Part shown: piece by piece, positions 8,681 to 18,834 of the stretch
Position numbering within the stretch: position 1 is the first letter of the stretch
Layout of the letters: every line of letters starts with the position of its first letter
NCBI GenBank assembly: GCA_012727955.1
Contig: JAAYGB010000008.1
Location: 70,637 to 134,636 of the forward strand
Reading direction: 5' to 3'
DNA length: 64,000 nucleotides
DNA from: Bacillota bacterium
GTDB taxonomy: Bacteria > Bacillota > Limnochordia > DTU087 > JAAYGB01
Translations under genes and position numbers: made by a program
Notes under the pieces: model-generated
The model's database searches: none
Seen by the model: only the letters and a program-made list of their open reading frames with translations
Told to the model about the DNA's origin: nothing

Positions 8681-11600
8681 CTAAGTACCCACGGCTACTT
8701 CTCCCTCGGCACTGAGCCGGACGGAGACCAAGCGCGAAATGGCGTCATTTCCCATGGTCACCCCATACAGGACATCGGCCAGTTCCATTGTTCCTTGCCT
8801 ATGGGTTATCACTAGAAATTGCACGCTGTCGGTATACTCCCGCAGCAACTTGGCAAATCGCTTCAGATTAGCCTCATCTAAAGCGGCATCAACTTCATCC
8901 AAGACACAAAAGGGACTGGGCCGCTCCGATAGCATGGCGAAGAGGAAGGCGATTGCCACCAGGGTTCGCTCCCCACCGGAGAGTAGTTCAAGACTTTGCA
9001 GTTTCTTACCCGGTGGTTGGGCATACATCTCCAAACCACTTTCTTCCCATTCGCCCTCTTGGACTAAGACCAAGTCGGCATCGCCCCCGCCAAAGAGCCG
9101 ACGGAAAATGTCCCGGAAATTCTCCTTCACCCGATGCAAAGTAGCATCGAATCTCTCCTGGCAGACCCGATCCATCTCTTCGGCCACCTGCCGCAAAGAG
9201 CCTCTGGCTTCCACCAAATCATCTCGCTGTCGCCGGAGAAACTCATACCGCTCAGAAACCGCCCGATACTCCTCGGCGGCATTGAGATTGACGGGTCCTA
9301 ATTCCCGCAACTGGGTTCGCAAATACCCCACACGCCGCTTGGCCTTGGCTGCGTCGGCGGCAGGCTCCACTTGTTCTAGCAGCTGCTCTTCTGTGATTTC
9401 ATACCCCTGCCATACCTGTTCAAGAATGTGCTCCTGTTGAACAATCAAGCGTTCTTCCCGGCGCTGATAATCATGTAACCGCAGCTGCAGATCCCCGGCA
9501 GCCTGGCGGCCTTCGCCTAATTCCTCCTCCAGTGACTCCAAGCGTTGTCGGTATCTGGCAACTTCTTCCTTGATCTGCCCCTGCTTGGCCTCGGCCTGGG
9601 TGAGTAGTTGTTTTAACTCTTCCGCCTCAGACTCAAGCCTCTGCATCCGACGCCGCAACTCTTCGCCCTGTTGGGTGAGCTGCCGTAGTCGCTCTTCTTG
9701 CCCCTTCGCCGTGGAGCGAATCTCCTCCCGTCGGTGGAAAGTCTCCCGATACCGAGCTTCTATCGTTTGAGCTTTGCTCTCCAGTGCCGCCAGCTCTATC
9801 CGCAATCCCGTGAGTTCTTTTTCCACATTGCTGGTAGCCTGTCCCGCGGCAGCCAATTGGGCATCCAGTTCTGCCAGCTGCTCCTCTATCTGCTGGACTA
9901 AAGCCTGGGCCCTTGCCATCTGCTGCTGCGTCTTCCTCTGTTGGGCCACTACTTCTTCTCCCTGGCTGGCTATTTGCTCCTGCTGCTCCAAGACCCGGTG
10001 AAGGACTGCTTCGATTCGCTCATAGCTGGACTTTGCGCCGGCCAAATCCCGCTGGACTGCAGCCTGCTCCACCAACCGATGTTGCATCTGCTCCTGCAGC
10101 TTTTTTTGTTCCGACTCCCAGTTGTCTATCTCCTGAAGACACTGGGCGATGGTTTCATCGGTTCTTGCCAGCTGCCCCTTCACCTCTTGGGCCTGCACCA
10201 CCAGTTCCTCTAATTCCTGCTTGCGAGTTAACAGACCCCCAGTACGTTGCCGTCGGGGACTTCCACCGGTCATCGCTCCGCCGGGGGAAATCTGATCCCC
10301 CTCAAGGGTGACGATTCGAGAAAAGTTTCGCAGTTCGTTGGAAACAGCCACAGCGGATTTCAGATCTTCCGTAACAATGACCCGTCCCAAGAGATACTCC
10401 CGCATCGGAGCGAGCCTGTCTTCGCATCTGACCAACTCCGCGGCCACTCCCAGACATCCGGGAATTCTTGTAATTTGGTCCCGCTCCCGCTGAGATAGGG
10501 TCCCATAACGCAGGCCATCAAGGGGAAGTACGGTAATTCGTCCCCCCTTGGTCTGTTTTAGGTGTTCAATAGCTTTTTGTCCCGCTTCCTTGGTCTCGGC
10601 AACGATATTTTGCAGACCGGAACCCAAAGCGGTTTCCACCGCTGTAATCAAAGGCGCTGGGACGGTAAGCAAAGCGGCAACGGTCCCGATTAAGCCTCTT
10701 AGCGCCCCCTTTTCCCCGGCCTGCATCACCGCCTTTACTCCCCGGGAATATCCTTCGTAGTCCTCCTCCATTTCCTTGAGAACACGCCACCGGGATCGCA
10801 GGGAGTTGAGCCTCCGATCCAAATTAGCCCGAGCTTGCTGGGTCTTTTGTAACTGAGCCCTTTGCTCCTGCAGGGTTTGATCACAGACTCCTAGGGCTTC
10901 CTTTACCCGCGCAAGGTTAGCAGTCTCTTCATCGTAGCGTTTAGTCAGTTGTGCTACCCGCTGCTGAAAAACCTCTTTCTCCCGTTCATGCTCCCTTTCC
11001 TCTTGGCTCAGCTCAAGACGGCGCTGAGCTAGGTGCTCCAATCGCTCTTCCAGGCCAATGAGAACTCGAGCCAGCTCCTCAATCTCCACTCTGGCCCCTT
11101 GGTGTTGTCGTCGCAACTGGTCCATCAAGATCTGCTTGTCCTGAGCTGCCGCCCTGGCTTCATCTTGGGTCTGGATAATGGCTGCCTGCCGTTCACCGGT
11201 GGCAGCGATCTCAGCCTTAACGACAGTTAGCTCACCTTGGAGGGCATCAAGCTGCCCAGAAAGCTCCTTCTCCGAAGCTTGCAGCCGCTCCAGGTGCTTC
11301 GAGACTTCCTCAAGCTGACTGGTGGTATACTCTAGTTGAACTTCGCTCAGAGCCCGTTGATGCTGGACCTCGCTGAACCGCTGCCGATAGCCGTCCGCCG
11401 CGACAATGGTCTCCTCCAGCTTTTCCTGAGCTGCCGCTAGGATTCCCTTCTGCTGGGTGATAGTATGCTCCAGCCGGCTGTTGTCCTGCTGCAGCGCCGC
11501 TAAGTCCCTGCCAATTACAGCCGCGGATCGGCCAAGCTCCTCCCGTTGCGCCTTCAGCTCCTGGAGTTGCGCCTTGAAATAGCCTAGCTCCGTCCCCTTT

Positions 11601-12265
11601 AGCTGCTCCGTAATGGCGAGATATTCCTCAGCTCTGGCAGCCTCGATCTGCAGCGGTTCGATCCGCCCTTCCAGTTCGAGAATAATATCATTGACCCGAA
11701 GTAGGTTCTGCTCGGTATCCCTGAGCTTGCGTTGGGCTTCTAATTTGCGGGCACGATACTTGACTACCCCGGCCGCCTCCTCAATGATTCGCCGCCGCTC
11801 TTCGGGCTTGGCCGACAACACCTGGTCGATTTGACCTTGGCCAATCAAGGCATAGCTATCTCGGCCCAGGCCGGTATCCATGAACAACTCTTGAATATCC
11901 TTGAGGCGACACCGAGTACGATTAATCATGAATTCACTCTCGCCAGACCGATATACCCGTCGGGTGACAGTGATCTCACTGAAGTCCAGGGGGATGTAGC
12001 CATCGGTATTGTCCAAGGTCAGGGACACATCGGCATATCCTAGAGGGCTCTTTCCATCACTGCCGGCAAAAATGACATCCTCCATGCAACTTCCCCGCAG
12101 AGACTTGGCGCTTTGTTCACCCAATACCCATCGGACCGCGTCCGCGATATTGGATTTACCACTGCCATTGGGGCCCACCACGGCCGTGATTCCCGGCACA
12201 AATTCTAAGCGAGTCCTCACCCCAAAGGACTTAAATCCATATAGATCCAATCGTTTTAAATACAA
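8681..12265 (-). CDS. smc: Chromosome segregation protein SMC
   Basis: Walker A GPNGSGKSN, long coiled coils, hinge, C-terminal signature LSGGE...DEVDAALD. A TTG start at 12265 (GAGGGA RBS) gives an MYLKRLDLYGFKSF N-terminus that aligns with B. subtilis SMC. Confidence 0.95.
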   Translation of the reverse strand: MYLKRLDLYGFKSFGVRTRLEFVPGITAVVGPNGSGKSNIADAVRWVLGEQSAKSLRGSCMEDVIFAGSDGKSPLGYADVSLTLDNTDGYIPLDFSEITVTRRVYRSGESEFMINRTRCRLKDIQELFMDTGLGRDSYALIGQGQIDQVLSAKPEERRRIIEEAAGVVKYRARKLEAQRKLRDTEQNLLRVNDIILELEGRIEPLQIEAARAEEYLAITEQLKGTELGYFKAQLQELKAQREELGRSAAVIGRDLAALQQDNSRLEHTITQQKGILAAAQEKLEETIVAADGYRQRFSEVQHQRALSEVQLEYTTSQLEEVSKHLERLQASEKELSGQLDALQGELTVVKAEIAATGERQAAIIQTQDEARAAAQDKQILMDQLRRQHQGARVEIEELARVLIGLEERLEHLAQRRLELSQEEREHEREKEVFQQRVAQLTKRYDEETANLARVKEALGVCDQTLQEQRAQLQKTQQARANLDRRLNSLRSRWRVLKEMEEDYEGYSRGVKAVMQAGEKGALRGLIGTVAALLTVPAPLITAVETALGSGLQNIVAETKEAGQKAIEHLKQTKGGRITVLPLDGLRYGTLSQRERDQITRIPGCLGVAAELVRCEDRLAPMREYLLGRVIVTEDLKSAVAVSNELRNFSRIVTLEGDQISPGGAMTGGSPRRQRTGGLLTRKQELEELVVQAQEVKGQLARTDETIAQCLQEIDNWESEQKKLQEQMQHRLVEQAAVQRDLAGAKSSYERIEAVLHRVLEQQEQIASQGEEVVAQQRKTQQQMARAQALVQQIEEQLAELDAQLAAAGQATSNVEKELTGLRIELAALESKAQTIEARYRETFHRREEIRSTAKGQEERLRQLTQQGEELRRRMQRLESEAEELKQLLTQAEAKQGQIKEEVARYRQRLESLEEELGEGRQAAGDLQLRLHDYQRREERLIVQQEHILEQVWQGYEITEEQLLEQVEPAADAAKAKRRVGYLRTQLRELGPVNLNAAEEYRAVSERYEFLRRQRDDLVEARGSLRQVAEEMDRVCQERFDATLHRVKENFRDIFRRLFGGGDADLVLVQEGEWEESGLEMYAQPPGKKLQSLELLSGGERTLVAIAFLFAMLSERPSPFCVLDEVDAALDEANLKRFAKLLREYTDSVQFLVITHRQGTMELADVLYGVTMGNDAISRLVSVRLSAEGEVAVGT

Positions 12266-12379
12266 TGGCATCCCTCACTAACTGCCTCACCACAACAATA
12301 GCTTCTTGGTCAGCTGACGTAGAGATTCTTTCCAGTATTTCTCGTCCCGCTCGAGGTAATCCTGCGGGCCGACAAGATC

Positions 12380-12407
12380 AAAAAAGCCGCAGCAAAGGGT
12401 CTGCGGC
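12380..12407 (-). terminator. Rho-independent terminator (minus strand) downstream of the small Gly-rich gene
   Basis: Minus strand GCCGCAGacccttugCTGCGGC followed by TTTTTT. Confidence 0.6.
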
Positions 12408-12430
12408 GATGTCAAACCTGTTAGCCTGGG

Positions 12431-12847
12431 TCAAGCCTGGGCCAAGAATTCTTGTATCTCCACCACCAGGGACTCAAGGGTTGCACTCAAAGACTTGGAC
12501 GGATACCCCACCACATTTAGATTGCAGCGAGTCGTGGGAAGCAAGAATTTCTGCGCTGGACTTGCTGCCACCGCTAAGGCCATAGCTGGCGTCAACTCCC
12601 CGAACATCGAGTTGGCCGCAACAATTCCCAGAGGACCCACAATGATATCACAGGAGCTACAAGTAACGGTAATGGCATTCTCGCCGGTGGCTCCGGCGTC
12701 GGCCCCTGCCTTCAGCATCGCGGCTGTAGCAATGGCGTTGGTACCCAAGGCAATGATTTCAATGTCTGGGGATAGGGCCCGTCGCAAGGCTTCGACAATG
12801 CTTCTGCCCAGGCCGCCTCCCTGTCCGTCGATGACTGCAATCCGCAT
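12431..12847 (-). CDS. Conserved hypothetical protein, Gly-rich N-terminus (resembles DUF3842 family)
   Basis: Start ATG 12847 (GGGAGAGG RBS) gives MRIAVIDGQGGGLGRSIVEALRR. No function can be assigned. Confidence 0.45.
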   Translation of the reverse strand: MRIAVIDGQGGGLGRSIVEALRRALSPDIEIIALGTNAIATAAMLKAGADAGATGENAITVTCSSCDIIVGPLGIVAANSMFGELTPAMALAVAASPAQKFLLPTTRCNLNVVGYPSKSLSATLESLVVEIQEFLAQA

Positions 12848-12937
12848 TAGTACCTCTCCCGCTCCAAGTTGATTCTGTGACTTGTCCACCTTACTGGATC
12901 ATACGTCATCGATGAAGGGATCTCCTCTCCGAGCAGT

Positions 12938-13639
12938 CTAGTCTCCCGCCACTGCCGGCAGAGGCACGTTCAAGTATAGATCCTCACGCTTTCGCACCTT
13001 CATGGGAATATTGGGGCTGAGCAATGAGCCATATTCTAGGAGAATGCGACGCAATTTGGAACGAACTCTGGTTCTGGCGTTATCGATAGTCTTGCCACCA
13101 ACGCCGATCTCTTGCTCAATTTCACCGTTGCTGTACCCCTGCAGTAATAACGTGATTACGGCAAACTCCAGCAGTGACAAATGGTTTTTTAGCACCTCAC
13201 GAATTTGCTCGTTAACAAATTGCAGTTCCACCCAATCCTGGGGATCAATGGCAGCCTCTTCATTGGGTAATAACTCCATGATGATACGTCCGTCTTCGTG
13301 ACCCACATGACTGTAAAGGGAGATGCCTTCATTAAGTGCCCGATGCTTGTTCCCGTTACTCTGCTTGATTACATTGTAGATCTTGCGAATAATGCAGATG
13401 TAGGCGAAGGAGCTGAATTTCACGTTATACTTACTCTGATATTCATCGATGGCACTTAGTAACCCGATGGTCCCTTCCTGCATCAAATCGTCAAAGTCCA
13501 AGAAGCTGGCATAGTAATTACTGACGATGTGTTTTACCAAGGGCGTATATTTGTGAATCATTTCCTCTTTTGCCGCAGCGTCTCCGGCTCGAATCCGTTC
13601 TAATATCTGCAGGTCTAGTTCTTGATTCAGATCCTTCAC
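12938..13639 (-). CDS. Sigma-70 family RNA polymerase sigma factor, SigH (Spo0H)-like
   Basis: Region 2 (QEGTIGLLSAIDEY...FSSFAYICIIRKIYNVIK) and region 4 (LSLLEFAVITLLLQGYSNGEIEQEIG...RVRSKLRRIL) both follow the B. subtilis SigH pattern. Start GTG 13639 with AAGGAGGG RBS. Confidence 0.7.
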   Translation of the reverse strand: MKDLNQELDLQILERIRAGDAAAKEEMIHKYTPLVKHIVSNYYASFLDFDDLMQEGTIGLLSAIDEYQSKYNVKFSSFAYICIIRKIYNVIKQSNGNKHRALNEGISLYSHVGHEDGRIIMELLPNEEAAIDPQDWVELQFVNEQIREVLKNHLSLLEFAVITLLLQGYSNGEIEQEIGVGGKTIDNARTRVRSKLRRILLEYGSLLSPNIPMKVRKREDLYLNVPLPAVAGD

Positions 13640-13740
13640 AGCTTGTGCCCTCCTTGTCCATCGATCCACTTCATCTATATGCTTGTCTTGTGGATTTATG
13701 ACAAGGCCGGCAGGAAAAACAAAAAAGAGTATGACCTGCT

Positions 13741-14493
13741 CTATCCGAACAGATCATACTCGTAGTCCGCCATCTTAGCTAGGGCTTCCCTGGCAGCGGC
13801 TTGTTGGGCCAGTTTCTTGCTCCGGCCCCGACCATGCCCTAGGATTTTACCCCTCCACTGCACCACTACCTGGAACTCCTTGGCGTGATCCGGCCCCGTC
13901 TCCTTGTACACTTCATAGGTAGGTACCTCGGTGGAGAATTTTTGCAGCACCTCTTGGAGTGCGCTTTTGGGATCGATCACCGGATTGCCCGTCAATAATC
14001 TCTCGATCTCAGGAGCCAGTTGGGTGAGCACAAACTCTTGAGCTCTCTGGTTCCCCAGTGACAGATAAATTGCTCCCACCAAAGCTTCAAAGGCATTGGC
14101 TAACAGGGACTCCCGTTCCCTACCACCGGTTTTTTCCTCTCCATGTCCCAGGCGCAACAACTGACCCACTTGCAGCCCTTTGGCCTGCTTTGCCAGAGCC
14201 GGCGCACTGACCACCGCTGCCCGCAGTGATGCCAATTCTCCCTCCGGTCGATCGGGAAGAAGCTCGTACAGGTAACGGGCCACTGCCAGACCCACTACGG
14301 CATCACCGAGAAACTCCAACCGCTCATTGTGCTCTGCAGTCTCGGGATTTTCATAGGTATAGGACTTGTGGGTTAGGGCTATATCAACCAGCTCCAAGTC
14401 CACTCCATCAATTCCCACTGCCCGACAAAAGCCCTCTAGCTTCCTGGTGCGATCCCCTGTGTTCAAATCCGACTCGCCTTCCCTCTTGTTCAA
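13741..14493 (-). CDS. rnc: Ribonuclease III
   Basis: ALTHKSY, ERLEFLGDAV catalytic signature, C-terminal dsRBD. Start codon uncertain (TTG, no clear RBS). Confidence 0.9.
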   Translation of the reverse strand: MNKREGESDLNTGDRTRKLEGFCRAVGIDGVDLELVDIALTHKSYTYENPETAEHNERLEFLGDAVVGLAVARYLYELLPDRPEGELASLRAAVVSAPALAKQAKGLQVGQLLRLGHGEEKTGGRERESLLANAFEALVGAIYLSLGNQRAQEFVLTQLAPEIERLLTGNPVIDPKSALQEVLQKFSTEVPTYEVYKETGPDHAKEFQVVVQWRGKILGHGRGRSKKLAQQAAAREALAKMADYEYDLFG

Positions 14494-15735
14494 TTAATCC
14501 TGGTAGCGGGAAAACAGCAGAACTGCGTTATGTCCACCAAAGCCAAAGGAGTTGGACATCGCCACCTTCACATCGGCCTTCCGCGCTTGATTGGGAACAT
14601 AGTCCAAGTCACATCTTTCATCGGGTTCTTCCTGATTAATCGTTGGCGGAATCATGCCCTGATTGATCACCTGAATCGAGACAATGGACTCAATTCCTCC
14701 GGCGGCTCCCAACAGGTGTCCCGTCATGGATTTGGTTGAGCTGACGGGAATTTGACTTGCCCGATCGCCAAAGACCTTCTTAATGGCTAAGGTCTCGAAG
14801 ACATCATTGAGGATCGTTGACGTTCCATGGGCGTTAATGTACCCAACATCTTCCTTGGCAACTCCCGAGGCAGCCAAAGCCATGTTCATCGCCCGAATGG
14901 CCCCATCACCCTCCGGCGATGGGCTGGTGATATGATAGGCATCTCCCGTCGCACCATAGCCCACCACTTCAGCGAGAATGTTCGCTCCCCGCTCTAAGGC
15001 ATGGTTCAGTTCTTCCAAAATCAGGATTCCAGCCCCTTCCCCCATGACAAAGCCATCCCGCCTGGCATCGAAGGGACGACTGGCTCCCGCAGGATCCTCA
15101 TTATTGGTTGACAAGGTCTTGGCTGCGCAAAAGCCCGCCAAGGGTAGGAAACTAATAGGAGCTTCAGCACCACCGGTAATCATCGCCACAGCATCCCCCC
15201 GTTGAATAATTCGGAAGGCATCACCGATGGCATGGGCACCACTGGCACAGGCCGTTACGGTGCAGCTGTTGTGTCCCTTGGCACCCAACACGATAGATAC
15301 TTGGCCGGCAGCCATATCGGCAATCATCATCGGAACGGTAAAGGGGCTAACCCGAGTTGGTCCCTTTTCAACGATATTCCGGCATTGGGCCTCGAGGGTT
15401 TCGATTCCACCGATCCCTGAACCGATGAGAACACCAATCCGATTAGCCTCTTCACCTTCGATGACCAGGCCGGACTGCTCCTTGGCCATCAAAGACGCAG
15501 CCACCGCGTATTGGGTGAACCGATCCATACGCCGGGATTCCTTGCGATCGATAAAATCCAAGGGATCGAAATTCTTAACCTCCGCGGCAATCCGGGTCGG
15601 GAAGGGTGATGCGTCAAACCTGGTGATGGGACCTACTCCACTCTTGCCAGCGATGAGATTGGCCCAAAATTCGTCAATACCGATGCCCAAAGGAGTTACT
15701 GCACCCATGCCTGTTACAACTACTCGATGATTCAA
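14494..15735 (-). CDS. fabF: 3-oxoacyl-ACP synthase II
   Basis: KAS II motifs, including the active-site Cys in ACASG and HGTST. The homolog N-terminus RVVVTGMG starts at TTG 15735 (GGGGTGG RBS). The ORF-track start at 15843 adds 36 aa not seen in other FabF proteins. Confidence 0.9.
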   Translation of the reverse strand: MNHRVVVTGMGAVTPLGIGIDEFWANLIAGKSGVGPITRFDASPFPTRIAAEVKNFDPLDFIDRKESRRMDRFTQYAVAASLMAKEQSGLVIEGEEANRIGVLIGSGIGGIETLEAQCRNIVEKGPTRVSPFTVPMMIADMAAGQVSIVLGAKGHNSCTVTACASGAHAIGDAFRIIQRGDAVAMITGGAEAPISFLPLAGFCAAKTLSTNNEDPAGASRPFDARRDGFVMGEGAGILILEELNHALERGANILAEVVGYGATGDAYHITSPSPEGDGAIRAMNMALAASGVAKEDVGYINAHGTSTILNDVFETLAIKKVFGDRASQIPVSSTKSMTGHLLGAAGGIESIVSIQVINQGMIPPTINQEEPDERCDLDYVPNQARKADVKVAMSNSFGFGGHNAVLLFSRYQD

Positions 15736-15807
15736 TCTAAACCACCCCAAAAGCTTTCTGCAATACCAGTCGGTGTTAATAGGTCTGCTAATTAGGTAAA
15801 TGATTGC

Positions 15808-15841
15808 TAGTAAAATGGATCCTACACTGACTGCAGGATCC
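15808..15841 (-). terminator. Hairpin (possible attenuator or partial terminator) between acpP and fabF
   Basis: Minus strand GGATCCTgcagtcagtgtAGGATCC followed by ATTTTACT. Weak T-run. Confidence 0.3.
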
Positions 15842-15868
15842 ACACTAGTCGCTCAAGTTGCTGCGAGA

Positions 15869-16102
15869 TTACTCGGTCTTTTCTTTGATGTAATTCACAG
15901 CATCCTCGACAGTGCTGATTTTCTCAGCGTCTTCGTCGGGTATCTCGAAGTCAAACTCCTCTTCAAAGGCCATAATCAGCTCAACGATATCCAGGGAGTC
16001 TGCTCCCAGATCATCTATGAAGGAAGCTTGCGGGGTCACATCGTCGGACTCCACGCCCAGCTGCTCAACCACAATCTCTCTGACTTTCTCGAATACATCC
16101 AT
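15869..16102 (-). CDS. acpP: Acyl carrier protein
   Basis: [13 protein letters not shown] phosphopantetheine attachment site. Start ATG 16102 with GAGGAGGTG RBS. Confidence 0.95.
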   Translation of the reverse strand: MDVFEKVREIVVEQLGVESDDVTPQASFIDDLGADSLDIVELIMAFEEEFDFEIPDEDAEKISTVEDAVNYIKEKTE

Positions 16103-16157
16103 GATTGTCACCTCCTCACCCTACAATTATCCAAGTGGCGACAAATGAGTCGCTGAC

Positions 16158-16895
16158 TTAAACCATTAACAAGCCACCATTAATGTTTAACACCTGGCCG
16201 GTTATGTAACGGCTGGCATCGGTAGACAAGAACCACACACCATTGGCAACATCCTCAGGAGTGCCAATCTCGCCCATAGGAATCTGCCCCTGGAGAACCT
16301 CCTTCTGCTTGTCACTTAAGGCATCGGTCATCTCAGAGGCGATGAAACCAGGCGCCACTGCATTGACGGTAATTCCTCTACTGGCTACTTCCCGGGCCAG
16401 ACTCTTGGTGAATCCTATCAGCCCAGCCTTTGACGCAGAGTAGTTGGTCTGGCCGGCATTACCCATCAACCCGACAACGGAGGCGATGTTAATAATCCTG
16501 CCGTAACGGGCCTTGAGCATCGGCCGTAGCACTGCCTTACTGCACAGATAGGCACCCTTAAGATTGACATTCAAAACGGCATCCCATTGGCCTTCATCCA
16601 TCCGCATCAATAAACTGTCCTGGGTAATACCAGCATTATTCACCAAAATATCAATGCTGCCCAAATTGGCTATCGTGGCCTCGACCCCTTGGCTGATGGA
16701 ATCAGCATTGGTAACATCTACTGGGACAAAGATAGCTTGGGCACCCTGAGCCTTCAGTTCGTCGGCTACCCCCTCGTGGTCCGCGAGATCCCAAAGGGCT
16801 ACCTTGGCGCCATCCTGGGCCAGACGACGGGCGATGGCTCGGCCAATCCCCCGGCCGCCTCCAGTCACCACTGCAGTCCTGCCTGTCAGACTCAT
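16158..16895 (-). CDS. fabG: 3-oxoacyl-ACP reductase
   Basis: SDR motifs TGGGRGIG, NNAG, YxxxK. Confidence 0.9.
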   Translation of the reverse strand: MSLTGRTAVVTGGGRGIGRAIARRLAQDGAKVALWDLADHEGVADELKAQGAQAIFVPVDVTNADSISQGVEATIANLGSIDILVNNAGITQDSLLMRMDEGQWDAVLNVNLKGAYLCSKAVLRPMLKARYGRIINIASVVGLMGNAGQTNYSASKAGLIGFTKSLAREVASRGITVNAVAPGFIASEMTDALSDKQKEVLQGQIPMGEIGTPEDVANGVWFLSTDASRYITGQVLNINGGLLMV

Positions 16896-17839
16896 ATTAC
16901 TACATCCCCTTTCTGCATTGCAAGCAATTTCTCCCAGCCTTGTGGGTCGTCAACACCGACGACAAAGGCCTTACGATCGATCTTGCGTGCAAGTCCCGTC
17001 AACACTCGTCCTGGGCCTACTTCGACGAAGCCCTTGATACCCGATTGCAGCAAATAGGACATCGTCTGTTCCCACAGCACCGGGGAACTGACCCCAGCAA
17101 CCAACGCCTCCACCAGCTCCTCCGCTGTTTGCACCGGCTTGCCTACGTAATTGGCAATCATCGGGATCTGGGGATCCTGAACATCAATAGTAGCAAAGCG
17201 CTGCCTGAGCCTATCGGCCACCGGTTCCATAAAGGGGGAATGGAAGGGCCCACTGACGGCCAGGGGAACTACCCGCCGGGCACCTCTTTCCTTGGCTGCC
17301 TCACAGACTCGGGTCACCGCCGGAGTAAGTCCGGAAACTACCACTTGTCCTGGAGCGTTGAAGTTTGCGGCCACGGCCTCTCGATTTCCCACTTCTTCGC
17401 AGATCTCCACCACCTCGGCTCCTGTTAAACCGAGGATGGCCGCCATCATACCGGTACCATCGGCGGCTGCCGCCATCAGCTCTCCCCGCAGGCGCACCAC
17501 TGAGAGGGCATCGGCAAAGGTAAGCGCCCCAGCGGCAACGGCAGCAGCATATTCCCCTAGGCTGTGTCCAGCAACGGCTCGGGGAGAAGAGCCCTTGTCC
17601 AACAAGACCCGATACCACCCGACGCTGATGGTAAACAGTGCCGGTTGGGTATTAGCGGTCTGGTCCAACTCCTCCTTCGGTCCCTCGGCAATGAGGCGAC
17701 TGAGGGGCATTGCCAAAACCCCATCGGCTTCTTCTAGAGTCTTTCTTCCCGCGGGGTACTCACTGAGAGCTTGTCCCATACCTACATACTGCGAACCCTG
17801 CCCTGGAAAGAGAAATCCCAGTGTATCTACCGTGCCCAT
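16892..17839 (-). CDS. fabD: Malonyl CoA-ACP transacylase
   Basis: FPGQGSQ and GHSLGE active-site motifs. Confidence 0.9.
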   Translation of the reverse strand: MGTVDTLGFLFPGQGSQYVGMGQALSEYPAGRKTLEEADGVLAMPLSRLIAEGPKEELDQTANTQPALFTISVGWYRVLLDKGSSPRAVAGHSLGEYAAAVAAGALTFADALSVVRLRGELMAAAADGTGMMAAILGLTGAEVVEICEEVGNREAVAANFNAPGQVVVSGLTPAVTRVCEAAKERGARRVVPLAVSGPFHSPFMEPVADRLRQRFATIDVQDPQIPMIANYVGKPVQTAEELVEALVAGVSSPVLWEQTMSYLLQSGIKGFVEVGPGRVLTGLARKIDRKAFVVGVDDPQGWEKLLAMQKGDVVI

Positions 17840-18834
17840 CTCATCACCGCACTAGCCCAGGTTAGTCCCGCTCCAAATCCCACCAGAACAATGAGATCAC
17901 CTTTGTTGATCAAGCCTGCCTCCTTGGCTTCATTCAGGGCAATGGGAATAGAGGCGGCAGAGGTGTTGCCATAGCGGTCAACGTTTACGAAAACCCGCTT
18001 TGAATCGAGTCCCAACCGTCTGGCGGCGGCGTCAATGATCCTGGTATTCGCCTGATGGGGGATAAACAGGTCAACATCATCGGCACTGAGGCCAGCCCGC
18101 TGCAGGACTTGACTAGAGGCTTCCCCCATGATCCGAACGGCAAACTTGAAAACTTCATTGCCGGACATACAAATAAAATGCTGCCGATTCCTGATGGTCT
18201 CCTCCGAGGCCGGCATACGCGAGCCACCGGCCGGCAGGTACAGCGTGTGCCCCCCGGAACCATCGGAACCCAGGTAGGTGGCTAAGATGCCGTAATCTTC
18301 TTCAACTGGTTGCACAACCGCCGCCCCGGCACCGTCGCCAAACAGAACACAGGTACTGCGATCGGTAAAGTCTATGATTTTGCTCAAGGTATCGGCACCA
18401 ATCACCAGCACAGTGCGGTACTTACCAGCGGTAACAAAACTGGCCGCTACATCTAGGGCATAGACAAAACCAGAACAGCCCGCGGATAGATCAAAGGCTG
18501 CCGCATTGGTTAATCCCAACTTATCTTGAATAATACAGGCGGTGGCAGGAAAGGCCATATCCGGAGTTATGGTTCCCACTATAACTAGATCCACATCCTC
18601 CGGCTTAACTCCGGCGTCCTCCAAGGCCTTGCGCCCTGCCTCCGCCCCTAGGTCTGAAGAAGCGATATGCGCCTCAGCAATCCGACGTTCCACAATCCCC
18701 GTCCGAGTCCGAATCCACTCATCGCTGGTGTCTACCATTCGCTCCAAATCAGCGTTTGTCAAAACTTTTTCGGGAATAGCTCGACCGGTGCCCGTTATCC
18801 CCGCAGGTAGTAGTTGTCTCACCTTATTCACCAT
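17827..18834 (-). CDS. fabH: 3-oxoacyl-ACP synthase III
   Basis: AGITGTG...LTNADLERMVDTSDEWI N-terminus and C-terminal GFGAGLTW. Start ATG 18834 with GAGGA RBS. Confidence 0.9.
   Translation of the reverse strand: MVNKVRQLLPAGITGTGRAIPEKVLTNADLERMVDTSDEWIRTRTGIVERRIAEAHIASSDLGAEAGRKALEDAGVKPEDVDLVIVGTITPDMAFPATACIIQDKLGLTNAAAFDLSAGCSGFVYALDVAASFVTAGKYRTVLVIGADTLSKIIDFTDRSTCVLFGDGAGAAVVQPVEEDYGILATYLGSDGSGGHTLYLPAGGSRMPASEETIRNRQHFICMSGNEVFKFAVRIMGEASSQVLQRAGLSADDVDLFIPHQANTRIIDAAARRLGLDSKRVFVNVDRYGNTSAASIPIALNEAKEAGLINKGDLIVLVGFGAGLTWASAVMRWAR

Noticed and set aside
8739-12281. Many plus-strand ORFs of 60-230 aa inside smc (e.g. 8739..9440, 9913..10311, 12009..12281)
   Set aside because: They are antisense to the intact 1194-aa SMC gene. 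Their Ser/Ala/Pro/Arg-rich low-complexity translations are typical of the reverse frame of a GC-rich coiled-coil gene.
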